A stretch of DNA of 61,837 nt, counting the filler, from Nemertoderma westbladi (taxonomy: Eukaryota > Animalia > Xenacoelomorpha), in assembly GCA_032718475.1 (NCBI GenBank). It is 3 parts of 3 records of this genome, joined end to end, with 100 filler letters (N's around TTAATTAATTAA, not from the genome) between each part and the next. Parts side by side here need not be neighbours in the genome. Positions count along the whole stretch, not along the records: positions 23,317 to 52,970 come from JAUCBJ010008973.1; 2 more parts are not named here. The stretch is one strand, 5' to 3'. The notes under the pieces are model-generated. The model ran no database searches and was not told the DNA's origin. It worked only from the letters and a program-made list of their open reading frames with translations. Shown in pieces: positions 36,505-49,242 of the stretch (position 1 is the first letter of the stretch; each line of letters opens with the position of its first letter). The translations under genes and the position numbers were made by a program.

Positions 36505-36990
36505 ATCATCAGCCAGGGCTGCGTGTCTGCTTGATGTACCAGCCAGGGCTGCGTGTCAAGCTGATGTTCTATCAGCCAGGGCTGAGTGTCTGGTTGATGT
36601 ACCAGCCAGGTCTGCGTGTCTAGCTGATGTACCATCAGCCAGGGCTGTGTCTCTTGTTGAAGTACCATCAGCCAGGGCTGTGTCTCTTGTTGAAGTACCA
36701 TCCATCAGCCAGGGCTGCGTGTCTAGCTGATGTACCATCCATCAGCCAGGTCTGCGTGTCTAGCTGATGTACCATCCATCAGCCAGGGCTGCGTGTCTAG
36801 CTGATGTACCATCAGCCAGGGCTGTGTCTCTTGTTGAAGTACCATCAGCCAGGGCTGTGTCTCTTGTTGAAGTACCATCCATCAGCCAGGGCTGCGTGTC
36901 TAGCTGATGTACCATCCATCAGCCAGGTCTGCGTGTCTAGCTGATGTACCATCCATCAGCCAGGGCTGCGTGTCTGCTTGATGTATCATC
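36505..36990. repeat. Minisatellite, 27-34 bp units
   Basis: CATCAGCCAGGGCTGCGTGTCTAGCTGATGTAC variants, about 15 copies. Confidence 0.93.
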
Positions 36991-37064
36991 ATGGTGATAT
37001 TGTGATAATTAGTCGATTCGTTTCATATAAAATATTGAATGAATAATACATTTGTCATAAAAAT

Positions 37065-39890
37065 AAAATAAAGTCAGGTTAAAATAAAAAAGTTTGTTTG
37101 TAAGCTTATTTTGTGAAAAAGTAAGTTTGTTTGAATCAGGTTAAAATAATTCAGTTATTTGTGAAATAGTTTGTTTGAGTGAGATTAAAACAAAAAACGT
37201 TTTTGTATGTAAGTCTGAGTCAGGTTACAATGAAGAAGTTTTTGTGTGTAAGTCTGTTTGAAAGAGTCTGTTTGTGAGAAAGTTTGTTTGAGTTTTGTTT
37301 GAGTCAGGTTAATTTATAAAAGTTATTTGTGAGGAAATTTGTTTAGTGTGATCTAAATAATTCAGTCATTTGTGAGTAAGTTTGTTTGAGTCAGGTTAAT
37401 TTATAAAAGTTATTTGTGAGGAAATTTGTTTAGTGTGATCTAAATAATTCAGTCATTTGTGAGTAAGTTTGTTTGAGTCAGGTTAATTTATAAAAGTTAT
37501 TTGTGAGGAAATTTGTTTAGTGTGATCTAAATAATTCAGTCATTTGTGAGTAAGTTTGTTTGAGTCAGGTTAATTTATAAAAGTTATTTGTGAGGAAATT
37601 TGTTTAGTGTGATCTAAATAATTCAGTCATTTGTGAGTAAGTTTGTTTGAGTCAGGTTAAAATAATTCAGTTATTTGAGTCACATTTAAATATAAAAATA
37701 TCTGTGAGTAAGCTGGTTTGAGTCATGCGTGCTTGTTTGTTCATAATTGTGGTTGACTATGTTCTACGCATGTCCTTAGATCATCATAATGATGATGGGG
37801 TGATGATAACTCCACCTACTGGCTCCAGAAGTCGAGGAAATCCTGCCAAGTACCTAACTGATCTAGACTTTGCTGATGACTTAGGAGTACTCTCAGAATC
37901 ACATCACTAGAGGGAGCCCAACGGCTCCTCAGCTCATTAGAACATGCTGCTTCTAGTGTTGGTCTTTTTATCAACTCCAGAAAGACCAAAATTTTGACAG
38001 TTAACTTTGAAAGTTCTTAGCAAGTCTCTGATCGGATGAGCATAAGTTCAAAGGATGGTATGCTTGAGCATGTGGACGACTTCTGTTATCTGGGATCATG
38101 GATCCGGAAGTCAGGTGAGGACCTTCGAATACGTAAGGGAAAGGCATGGGCAGCCTTGAATAGGCTTTCCAGGATTTGGAAGTCACCGAGAATTAATCGG
38201 AAACTTAAGGTCCGATTATTTAGAGCAGCAGTAGTTCCAGTACTCCTCTATGGGAGTCCATGCTGGGCTCTAACTCCTGAGGACACCAAATCTCTGGATG
38301 GCACACGCCATGTTCATTGTGTCAAGTACAATGCACACATCTCCAACCAGACACTATATAACATTGGAGGTGTCTCATTGGTTCCCCCAAGCTTGACACT
38401 AGAACAAAATCGCCTCCGCTTTGCAGGACATTGCTTTCGCCGTGAGGACCAGCCGGTGCATAATCTTGTACTTTGGCAGCCTCATGGAGTGAATAAGCAT
38501 GGTGGACAGCCCATGACTTTCTTGAGACGCATCTTAAAGGACACTGGCCTTGAAGATGCGGGTGATCTAGCAAATGTCATGGGTGATAGGGAGTTGTGGC
38601 GGTGCAATTTTGTCGACAAGCCGGCACAGCATTATTAAAAATGCAGCTGCAATGCAGCATGCCGATACTAGTAGTAGTTGAGTCAGGTTAAAATAATTAA
38701 GTTATTTGAAAGTTTGTTTAGTTAGGTTGTTTTTAATTTGAAAATAAATTTATTTGAGTCAGGTTAAAATAAAAATATTTTTGTATGTGAGTTTGTTTGA
38801 GTCAGGTTAAAATAATTCAGTTATTTGTGAGTAAGTTTGTTTGAGTCAGGTGTGAGTAAATTTATTTAGTGTGGTCTAAATAATTCAGTTATTTATGAGT
38901 AAGTTTGTTTGAGTCAGGTTAATTTATAAAAGTTATTTGTGATTAAATTTGTTTGAGTCACATTAAAATATAGAAATATATGTAAGTAAGCTTGTTTGAG
39001 TCAGGTTAATTTATAAAAGTTATTTGTGATTAAATTTGTTTGAGTCACATTAAAATATAGAAATATATGTAAGTAAGCTTGTTTGAGTCAGGTTAATTTA
39101 TAAAAGTTATTTGTGAGTAAATTTATTTAGTGTGGTCTAAATAATTCAGTTATTTATGAGTAAGTTTGTTTGAGTCAGGTTAATTTATAAAAGTTATTTG
39201 TGATTAAATTTGTTTGAGTCACATTAAAATATAGAAATATATGTAAGTAAGCTTGTTTGAGTCAGGTTAATTTATAAAAGTTATTTGTGATTAAATTTGT
39301 TTGAGTCACATTAAAATATAGAAATATATGTAAGTAAGCTTGTTTGAGTCAGGTTAATTTATAAAAGTTATTTGTGAGTAAATTTATTTAGTGTGGTCTA
39401 AATAATTCAGTTATTTGTGAGTAAGTTTGTTTGAGTCAGGTTAAAATAATTCAGTTATTTGTGAGTAAGTTTGTTTGAGTCAGGTTAAAATAATTCAGTT
39501 TATTTGTGAGTAAGTTTGTTTGAGTCAGGTTAAAATAATTCAGTTTATTTGTGAGTAAGTTTGTTTGAGTCAGGTTAATATAAAAAGGTTTTTGTGAGTA
39601 AGTTTGTTTGAGTCAGGTTAATATAAAAAGGTTTTTGTGAGTAAGTTTGTTTGAGTCAGGTTAAAATAATTCAGTTATTTGTGAGTTATTTGAGTCAGAT
39701 TAAAATATAAAAATATCTGTGAGTAAGCTTGTTTTGAGTCAAATTGAAATAATTAGTTTTTTTTTGTTTTGAGTCAGGCTAAAATTAAAAAGTTATTTGT
39801 GAGTAAGTTTGTTTCATTCAGGTTAAAATAAAAAAAGTTATATATGTGAGTAAGTTGATTTGAGTGAGGTTAAAGTAATTCAGTTATTTT
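37065..39890. repeat. AT-rich satellite with roughly 40-bp monomer and roughly 84-bp dimer higher-order units
   Basis: Recurrent GTAAGTTTGTTTGAGTCAGGTTAA; exact 84-bp repeats at about 37300-37660. Confidence 0.92.
37725..38677 (+). mobile_element. RTE LINE fragment inserted in the satellite
   Basis: LDFADDL RT motif, FCYLGS, same C-terminus as 5204-5786, (TAG)n tail, TTGAGTC on both sides. Confidence 0.92.
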
Positions 39891-40914
39891 AGTTTAAGTT
39901 TGTTTTATATTTTTTGGAATTATTTGTGGGAAGTTGTGTGTAAGTTTTGTGGCGCAAGTTGTTGTGTTTCTAAGTTGTATATATTTTATTCCCTTTCTAA
40001 TGAAATTACGATTATTATTCTCGGGACTTGAATTAAATAAAATACGAATATACAATAACCAGTAACAACCATAAACACAGTAACAACTAGTTTTGTTCGT
40101 TATTCTTACAACCACAGTATCCCATTCGCATTCATAGAATCCCAAATCAGTATACTCTATGTAATAATTCAGCCCTTTCTTGGGTACTGATTGCAGCACA
40201 ATGTATTCTCGGCACCCTATTGGTTGGCCGTTAGATTGAGTCACCAATGGCAGTTACCTTCAACACATGTGAGTAATGTGTTTATTCCATAATGAGCTGG
40301 CAAGATTATACTACTAACTGAGTGTAGCTCACCCAGTAAATACCATCTCCTCATTGGCTATTCCTACAGGGCCAATCCTACAGACTCTAATTCTCTTTTA
40401 AAATCTCAACATGTGCTTCAGAGTTCTTTGTTGTTAGTATTTGTGCGGCCCTAGATTTATCGTTTTGCTTAACTTTATTATTTTACTTCGTCAGCATTCA
40501 ACATTTATGTTGGTTTTTCTAATATATATTGCGAACGAGGAGATTTTTAAGGTTTTTGTTTGCGTTTTGTTGTGGTTCCTTCTACCCATTGGTATGTCGG
40601 TTCTCGCTACCAGTATGGTCCTAGCTGAGGTTCAGGCTACAGACAACGGTTCTAACTCACCTTCTTTAGCGATTGTGCCCTTGTTAATGAGAAGGAAACG
40701 TCGTCTTCCTAAAATACCATTTACGTGGAACGATTCTGCGGACCAACCAACACATAAGAAAGGTTTGTCTTCTACTTTTAATTAATACGTGGAACGTTTG
40801 TGAGGAACAGCCAGCCAATGAGAAAATCTTGTCGCATATTAAAGTGCCGCATCCATTGAAATAAACCTAATTTGTTGTTGAAATCACATGGTTTATTCAC
40901 TGCACTTCAGAGAT

Positions 40915-43035
40915 GGTTTATTTTACTGTGATTCAATTAAGTTAGTTTATTTTACAGTGATTCGATTAAGTTAGTTTATTTTACAGTGATTCAATTAAGT
41001 TAGTTTATTTTACAGTGATTCAATTAAGTTAGTTTATTTTACAGTGATTCCATTAAGTTAGTTTATTTTACAGTGATTCAATTAAGTTACCAGGATTTCA
41101 CTTTTCGGTCGACTTTTTATTGGAATTTTATATATGAAGATTTTTTTTAATTTATCTTTATTAAGTGTTTTATAACGCTTATTTCTGTCTTATAACCTGT
41201 ACATATACTAATTCGTTTATTGTTTTGGTTAAATTCAGCCCTTCTGTAACCTGTGTTTTTAGTGAAAACCTGGTATTCTTCACATGGGGGTAACTGCAAA
41301 GTGAAATATATCGGTAGAAAGTCTGGTATTCTTCACATGGGCCGTTTATTTTACTGTGATTCAATTAAGTTAGTTTATTTTACAGTGATTCAATTAAGTT
41401 AGTTTATTTTACAGTGATTCAATTAAGTTAGTTTATTTTACAGTGATTCAATTAAGTTAGTTTATTTTACAGTGATTCAATTAAGTTAGTTTATTTTACA
41501 GTGATTCAATTAAGTTAGTTTATTTTACAGTGATTCAATTAAGTTAGTTTATTTTACAGTGATTCAATTAAGTTAGTTTATTTTACAGTGATTCAATTAC
41601 GTTAGTTTATTTTACAGTGATTCAATTAAGTTAGTTTATTTTACAGTGATTCAATTAAGTTAGTTTATTTTACAGTGATTCAATTAAGTTAGTTTATTTT
41701 ACAGTGATTCAATTAAGTTAGTTTATTTTACAGTGATTCAATTAAGTTAGTTTATTTTACAGTGATTCAATTAAGTTAGTTTATTTTACAGTGATTCAAT
41801 TAAGTTAGTTTATTTTACAGTGATTCAATTAAGTTAGTTTATTTTACAGTGATTCAATTAAGTTAGTTTATTTTACAGTGATTCAATTAAGTTAGTTTAT
41901 TTTACAGTGATTCAATTAAGTTAGTTTATTTTACAGTGATTCAATTAAGTTAGTTTATTTTACAGTGATTCAATTAAGTTAGTTTATTTTACAGTGATTC
42001 AATTAAGTTAGTTTATTTTACAGTGATTCAATTAAGTTAGTTTATTTTACAGTGATTCAATTAAGTTAGTTTATTTTACAGTGATTCAATTAAGTTAGTT
42101 TATTTTACAGTGATTCAATTAAGTTAGTTTATTTTACAGTGATTCAATGAAGTTAGTTTATTTTACAGTGATTCAATTAAGTTAGTTTATTTTACTGTGA
42201 TTCAATTAAGTTAGTTTATTTTACAGTGATTCAATTAAGTTAGTTTATTTTACAGTGATTCAATTAAGTTAGTTTATTTTACTGTGATTCAATTAAGTTA
42301 GTTTATTTTACTGTGATTCAATTAAGTTAGTTTATTTTACAGTGATTCAATTAAGTTAGTTTATTTTACAGTGATTCAATTAAGTTAGTTTATTTTACAG
42401 TGATTCAATTAAGTTAGTTTATTTTACAGTGATTCAATTAAGTTAGTTTATTTTACAGTGATTCAATTAAGTTAGTTTATTTTACAGTGATTCAATTAAG
42501 TTAGTTTATTTTACAGTGATTCAATTAAGTTAGTTTATTTTACAGTGATTCAATTAAGTTAGTTTATTTTACAGTGATTCAATTAAGTTAGTTTATTTTA
42601 CAGTGATTCAATTAAGTTAGTTTATTTTACAGTGATTCAATTAAGTTAGTTTATTTTACAGTGATTCAATTAAGTTAGTTTATTTTACAGTGATTCAATT
42701 AAGTTAGTTTATTTTACAGTGATTCAATTAAGTTAGTTTATTTTACAGTGATTCAATTAAGTTAGTTTATTTTACAGTGATTCAATGAAGTTAGTTTATT
42801 TTACAGTGATTCAATTAAGTTAGTTTATTTTACTGTGATTCAATTAAGTTAGTTTATTTTACAGTGATTCAATTAAGTTAGTTTATTTTACAGTGATTCA
42901 ATTAAGTTAGTTTATTTTACTGTGATTCAATTAAGTTAGTTTATTTTACTGTGATTCAATTAAGTTAGTTTATTTTACAGTGATTCAATTAAGTTAGTTT
43001 ATTTTACTGTGATTCAATTAAGTTAGTTTATTTTT
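40915..43035. repeat. 29-bp AT-rich satellite (about 6 copies at 40915-41090, about 58 copies at 41345-43035)
   Basis: Unit TACAGTGATTCAATTAAGTTAGTTTATTT. Confidence 0.97.
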
Positions 43036-43168
43036 CTGTGTTTCGATTTATTTATATTCCGATAATTCAATTAACATGGAACCTTAGAATATCGAAAGTC
43101 ACATATCATATTCATTGACAATAATTATTTTATTTACAATGTATCTTTTCAAGACAATCTGACTGACT

Positions 43169-45897
43169 ACATACCAATCGTTCCACTCACGTGTCGCACA
43201 TACCAATCGTTCTACTCACCTGTCGCACATACCAATCGTTCCACTCACGTGTCGCACATACCAATCGTTCCACTCACGTGTCGACATACCAATAGTTCCA
43301 CTCACCTGTCGCACGTACCAATCGTTCCACTCACGTGTCGCACATACCAATCGTTCCACTCACGTGTCGCACATACCAATAGTTCCACTCACGTGTCGAC
43401 ATACCAATAGTTCCACTCACCTGTCGCACATACCAATCGTTCCACTCACCTGTCGCACGTACCAATCGTTCCACTCACGTGTCGCACATACCAATCGTTC
43501 CACTCACGTGTCGACATACCAATAGTTCCACTCACCTGTCGCACATACCAATCGTTCCACTCACCTGTCGCACGTACCAATCGTTCCACTCACGTGTCGC
43601 ACATACCAATCGTTCTACTCACCTGTCGCACATACCAATCGTTCCACTCACGTGTCGCACATACCAATAGTTCCACTCACGTGTCGACATACCAATAGTT
43701 CCACTCACCTGTCGCACATACCAATCGTTCCACTCACCTGTCGCACGTACCAATCGTTCCACTCACGTGTCGCACATACCAATCGTTCCACTCACGTGTC
43801 GACATACCAATAGTTCCACTCACCTGTCGCACATACCAATCGTTCCACTCACCTGTCGCACGTACCAATCGTTCCACTCACGTGTCGCACATACCAATCG
43901 TTCCACTCACGTGTCGACATACCAATAGTTCCACTCACCTGTCGCACGTACCAATCGTTCCACTCACCTGTCGCACGTACCAATCGTTCCACTCACGTGT
44001 CGCACATACCAATCGTTCCACTCACGTGTCGCACATACCAATAGTTCCACTCACCTGTCGCACGTACCAATCGTTCCACTCACGTGTCGCACATACCAAT
44101 CGTTCCACTCACGTGTCGCACATACCAATCGTTCCACTCACGTGTCGCACATACCCATCGTTCCACTCACGTGTCGCACATACCAATCGTTCCACTCACG
44201 TGTCGCACATACCAATCGTAACACTCACGTGTCGCACATACCAATCGTTCCACTCACCTGTCGCACATACCAATCGTTCCACTCACGTGTCGCACATACC
44301 AATCGTTCCACTCACGTGTCGCACATACCAATCGTTCCACTCACGTGTCGCACATACCAATAGTTCCACTCACCTGTCGCACGTACCAATCGTTCCACTC
44401 ACGTGTCGCACATACCAATCGTTCCACTCACGTGTCGCACATACCAATCGTTCCACTCACGTGTCGCACACACCAATCGTTCCACTCACCTGTTGCACAT
44501 ACCAATCGTTCCACTCACGTGTCGCACATACCAATCGTTCCACTCACGTGTTGCACATACCAATCGTTCCACTCACCTGTTGCACATACCAATCGTTCCA
44601 CTCACGTGTCGCACATATACCAATCGTTCCACTCACGTGTCGCACATACCAATAGTTCCACTCACGTGTTGCACATACCAATCGTTCCACTCACGTGTCG
44701 CACATACCAATCGTTCCACTCACGTGTCGCACATATACCAATCGTTCCACTCACGTGTCGCACATACCAATCGATCCACTCACGTGTCGCACGTACCAAT
44801 CGTTCCACTCACGTGTCGCACATACCAATCGTTCCACTCACGTGTCGCACATATACCAATCGTTCCACTCACGTGTCGCACATACCAATCGTTCCACTCA
44901 CGTGTCGCACATATACCAATCGTCCCACTCACGTGTCGCACATATACCAATCGTTCCACTCACCTGTCGCACGTACCAATAGTTCCACTCACGTGTTGCA
45001 CATACCAATCGTTCCACTCACGTGTCGCACGTACCAATCGTCCCACTCACGTGTCGCACATACCAATAGTTCCACTCACGTGTTGCACGTACCAATCGAT
45101 CCACTCACGTGTCGCACGTACCAATCGTTCCACTCACGTGTCGCACATACCAATCGTTCCACTCACGTGTCGCACGTACCAATCGATCCACTCACGTGTC
45201 GCACGTACCAATCGTTCCACTCACGTGTCGCACATACCAATCGTTCCACTCACGTGTCGCACATATACCAATCGTTCCACTCACCTGTCGCACGTACCAA
45301 TCGTTCCACTCACGTGTCGCACATACCAATCGTTCCACTCACGTGTCGCACGTACCAATCGATCCACTCACGTGTCGCACGTACCAATCGTTCCACTCAC
45401 GTGTCGCACATACCAATCGTTCCACTCACGTGTCGCACATATACCAATCGTTCCACTCACGTGTCGCACATATACCAATCGTTCCACTCACGTGTCGCAC
45501 ATACCAATCGTTCCACTCACGTGTCGCACATATACCAATCGTTCCACTCACCTGTCGCACGTACCAATCGTTCCACTCACGTGTCGCACATACCAATCGT
45601 TCCACTCACGTGTCGCACATACCAATCGTTCCACTCACGTGTCGCACATATACCAATCGTCCCACTCACGTGTCGCACATATACCAATCGTTCCACTCAC
45701 GTGTCGCACATACCAATCGTTCCACTCACGTGTCGCACATATACCAATCGTCCCACTCACGTGTCGCACATATACCAATCGTTCCACTCACCTGTCGCAC
45801 TACCAATCGTTCCACTCACGTGTCGCACATACCAATCGTTCCACTCACGTGTCGCACGTACCAATCGTTCCATTCACGTGTCGCACGTACCAATCGC
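43169..45897. repeat. 29-bp satellite, about 93 copies
   Basis: Unit CATACCAATCGTTCCACTCACGTGTCGCA with 28- and 31-bp variants. Confidence 0.97.
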
Positions 45898-47851
45898 AAG
45901 ATCGTCAAGCGACTCTAATTTTGTTCGAATTGCGTTACAATTAAATGACATGGACTGAGTAACATTCATTGCCTTAATCCCCCTATTATGAGAAACTTTA
46001 TTACTATAATTTGAACTGCGTGAAATATTTCACAGTTGGTTACATTTGTAATTATAATTTTTTTGTTATTTAAATTGTTTTACTATTACCAACTTCCATT
46101 CGATATAATACTCAGTTCAGTTGTGGGTACTCCCGCACTTATGTGGCTCGGCATCGGGCCAGGGCGGTGTTGTTAGGTCTCCTTATATATTACGGCATGA
46201 GATGAGTTCTGTGGTGATGGAGAATATGATGACCTTATATTATATAGGAATACTACCAGAGCTTTTTATATTAACTTATTTAATTAATTAGTTATTGATT
46301 GCTATGAATTTCTCCGAGAAGTTCTGATTCTCCGTGTGGTGCGAGCCATGTATTCAGATAAACTGTAATGGGATGTTCTTATATATTCTTGCAAAATTAA
46401 TTGTTTTAATTATTCAAAATTAATTATTTTGTATCGCCACCGTTTTTTTTTCGTCCAACAACCTAATCATTTATTCAAACAGTGGCGCTAATTGGCCACA
46501 ATTGAAATAAAGTTTTATTTATTGTTTTGGTTAGAAAACACCGACATGTAACTTGGTCCTTTCCCTTAATGCTAGAATTTATGCTAGAGTTTTTAAACCC
46601 AATAAACGCATATTTGTTGTTTGCGGTCATTTTGCGCAATTCACTCAATTATTTACGAAATGTTAATGCACAACAGCGCGAAATACTCTATACAAAATAA
46701 TGAACATTGCCCAAATCATCATACAACTGGCAATCACTCTCTTGCTGTAATTGCTACGTCATTAGCCGACAACTGTTATAAAAATAAAACTAAAATAAAA
46801 CTGTACAAAAATGTTACAAAAATAAAACTGTAACCTCAGATCTAGTCTTTAGACTCTCGGTTTATTGTTTTGGTTAGAATAGCCTGCGACTATTCCTCTG
46901 CCTCATTAGAATAACGGTTGTCGTTGTCGGCTGCGGTTTTCGGCGTATCGTGTAAATACAAACCCTCTCCCGCAATAAACCACGAGCACTTCGGCGCCAT
47001 ATCGTATATACTTACAGTAAACACTGAGATATTCTACAAAAAGTGACTTACTTACTTTACCTAGAATGACCTCTTATTGGTATTGCACAACACACTGCAA
47101 ACAATATTAGGTATGTCGTCTTAGTGTGACTCATTGTTGGCAAATATAAGTAACAAAAGGAGTCATAATATGTATAGGGTATACCGGTACCGGTACACAC
47201 AACTACAACAGCAAAGCCAAACATTAATGTAATAATAATTACTAACCAACTTCCAGCTATGCTATTATGGTATTTTGTTCTGCCGCACTCTCTGTTTGGG
47301 CATTAAGGTAACATTGATTAATGTTTTGAACTAAGGGTATCCTGTTTTTGGTTTCGGTTACTCTCTCTCTCTCTCTCCCTCACACACGGGCAGCTTACAG
47401 TGAATGCGGCTCTATGAGTCAGTAATGATTGTTTGCTCCTATTGTGCCGGTCTCGCCAGTGTAATAGGGGCCGCCGTCCGCATACTGCCGCCTTGACTTC
47501 TCTCTCCCTACGGTCTGGGGCCGGGGCCGGCCCTCGCTGTGTGACTAATACTTACGTCATTAGGGCATTGGCCGTCAGTGCGATGACGTGTATCAAGGGC
47601 AGTGTGCGTGCGGCGTCGTGGTTGAGTTACATCACTCTGTGTCACGTTGCGTAATGGCTAGCGTTCTAATAACCCCGATAATTAGTTACTGCTGGTCGGA
47701 CATAAGGTCCCAGATGTCAGGGATTTATTAAAATAAACATCTCGCACAGTTTGTCAAACTGAAAGTAATCGATAGAAAGTCAACTACTATTCTATTCAAA
47801 TAATTTCTTTATAAATCACCAGTGGGAATGTAACGTAATTTTTAAAACAGT

Positions 47852-47946
47852 CACACCCGGAGAGTTGCACTCACGCTACCGTTCACACCCCATCTACACA
47901 CCCGGAGAGTTGCACTCACGCTGCCGTTCACACCCCATCTACACAC
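47852..47946. repeat. Tandem duplication of about 45 bp
   Basis: ACACCCGGAGAGTTGCACTCACGCT(A/G)CCGTTCACACCCCATCTAC occurs twice. Confidence 0.9.
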
Positions 47947-49132
47947 GCGAAGGGCCTATGTCTTAGTATTACCAGAACCACCATCCCATTAACTGTTCTA
48001 GACCGTTGTAGCATTCCGATTATGACACGAGGATGTAATTTCTAACGCAATACTGTATGTATTTTAGTTAATTCGTGTATTATATACGAGTTTTTAGACT
48101 AATTTTATACATTAAATACCCCTGATTTCTGGGTGATAACATGCCCATCTCCCGTATTGTGTCATATCTCTATGACTCATCGATAGACCATATGGTGTGT
48201 GCGTTGTGGTTGCTAGGACACGGCTGGTGGTTCCATTCCCTCCCACTATGTGCAACAGATGCGGAACTAAGTTAATCAACCAACTGTATCGGGAATTCAA
48301 TGGATTTAATTGTATACCACTTCTTGTAAACATACGAGTCATTAGAGTCAGGCAGTTTTGGTTCTCATCAACGCGGTTTACTATAGAGTAGCGATTTATA
48401 ATAGACCCCTTACTTAATCTAATATTGAAAAGGTGATTTATTATTATTGTTAACGGATGTAATTGTCATTTAGCGATATTTTATTTATATATAACAACAA
48501 CGTTTTACTTATGGATGAAGAGAGAAGGTGGGTAGCCTACTGAAACTAACAGATATACAGTAGTATGGATATATTATGGAACCAATTTAATATATAAATT
48601 ACTACAATATTATATAATTCAACAAAATCCTATTAAAAATATTGCAAGTAACCAGTAAATTTAATATGTAGTGTGTATAATATCTATATAGTATGTATAG
48701 TAGTAATATGTATATCGATATGTAATGCTGAACACAGAATACAGGTCGATTTTACCCTGGAGAGGTATAATTTTGATTGCAACAATAATATTCATCCCCA
48801 TCTGCTACAATTTGAAGAAGACTATTACATAATAATACCTATAATTAAAACAATTAATTATTATAATTCTTTAGTTAATAAAAACAGTATATCATTCCGG
48901 GGATGGAATTTATAGGTCATCTAATATAATTAATTGTTTAAAGATTAGCAAGCAATACTATGTAATTGCATTGATAAAACCCATAAATAAAGCTTGGATA
49001 TAAAATGTAAAATCGGGATGCAAAAGATCACTTTCTGAGCTACGAAAGGAAAATTGGATACAACTTATCTGGATACAAGCGGTCCGTTTACCTTACAAAA
49101 TGAAAAATACGAATGTGCGAAGTTAAGAACAG

Positions 49133-49242
49133 TCGGGGGGGAAGTGTCCGGGGGGGAAGTGTCTGGGGGGGAAGTATCCGGGGGGAAGTGTCCTATTTGA
49201 GCGGGGGGGAACTGTCCGGGGGGGGGGGGGGGAGAGTCCGAA
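49133..49242. repeat. G-rich tandem repeat, about 15-bp units
   Basis: GGGGGGAAGTGTCC repeated about 6 times; G-quadruplex-capable. Confidence 0.85.

Noticed and set aside
36405-36738. Repeat-protein ORFs
   Set aside because: Minisatellite with unit lengths that break frame.
41345-45897. CRISPR-like arrays of 29-bp repeats
   Set aside because: Units are contiguous with no unique spacers and no cas genes; these are eukaryotic satellites.
43479-45958. Long ORFs of 250-540 aa
   Set aside because: Stop-free translations of the satellite in several frames.
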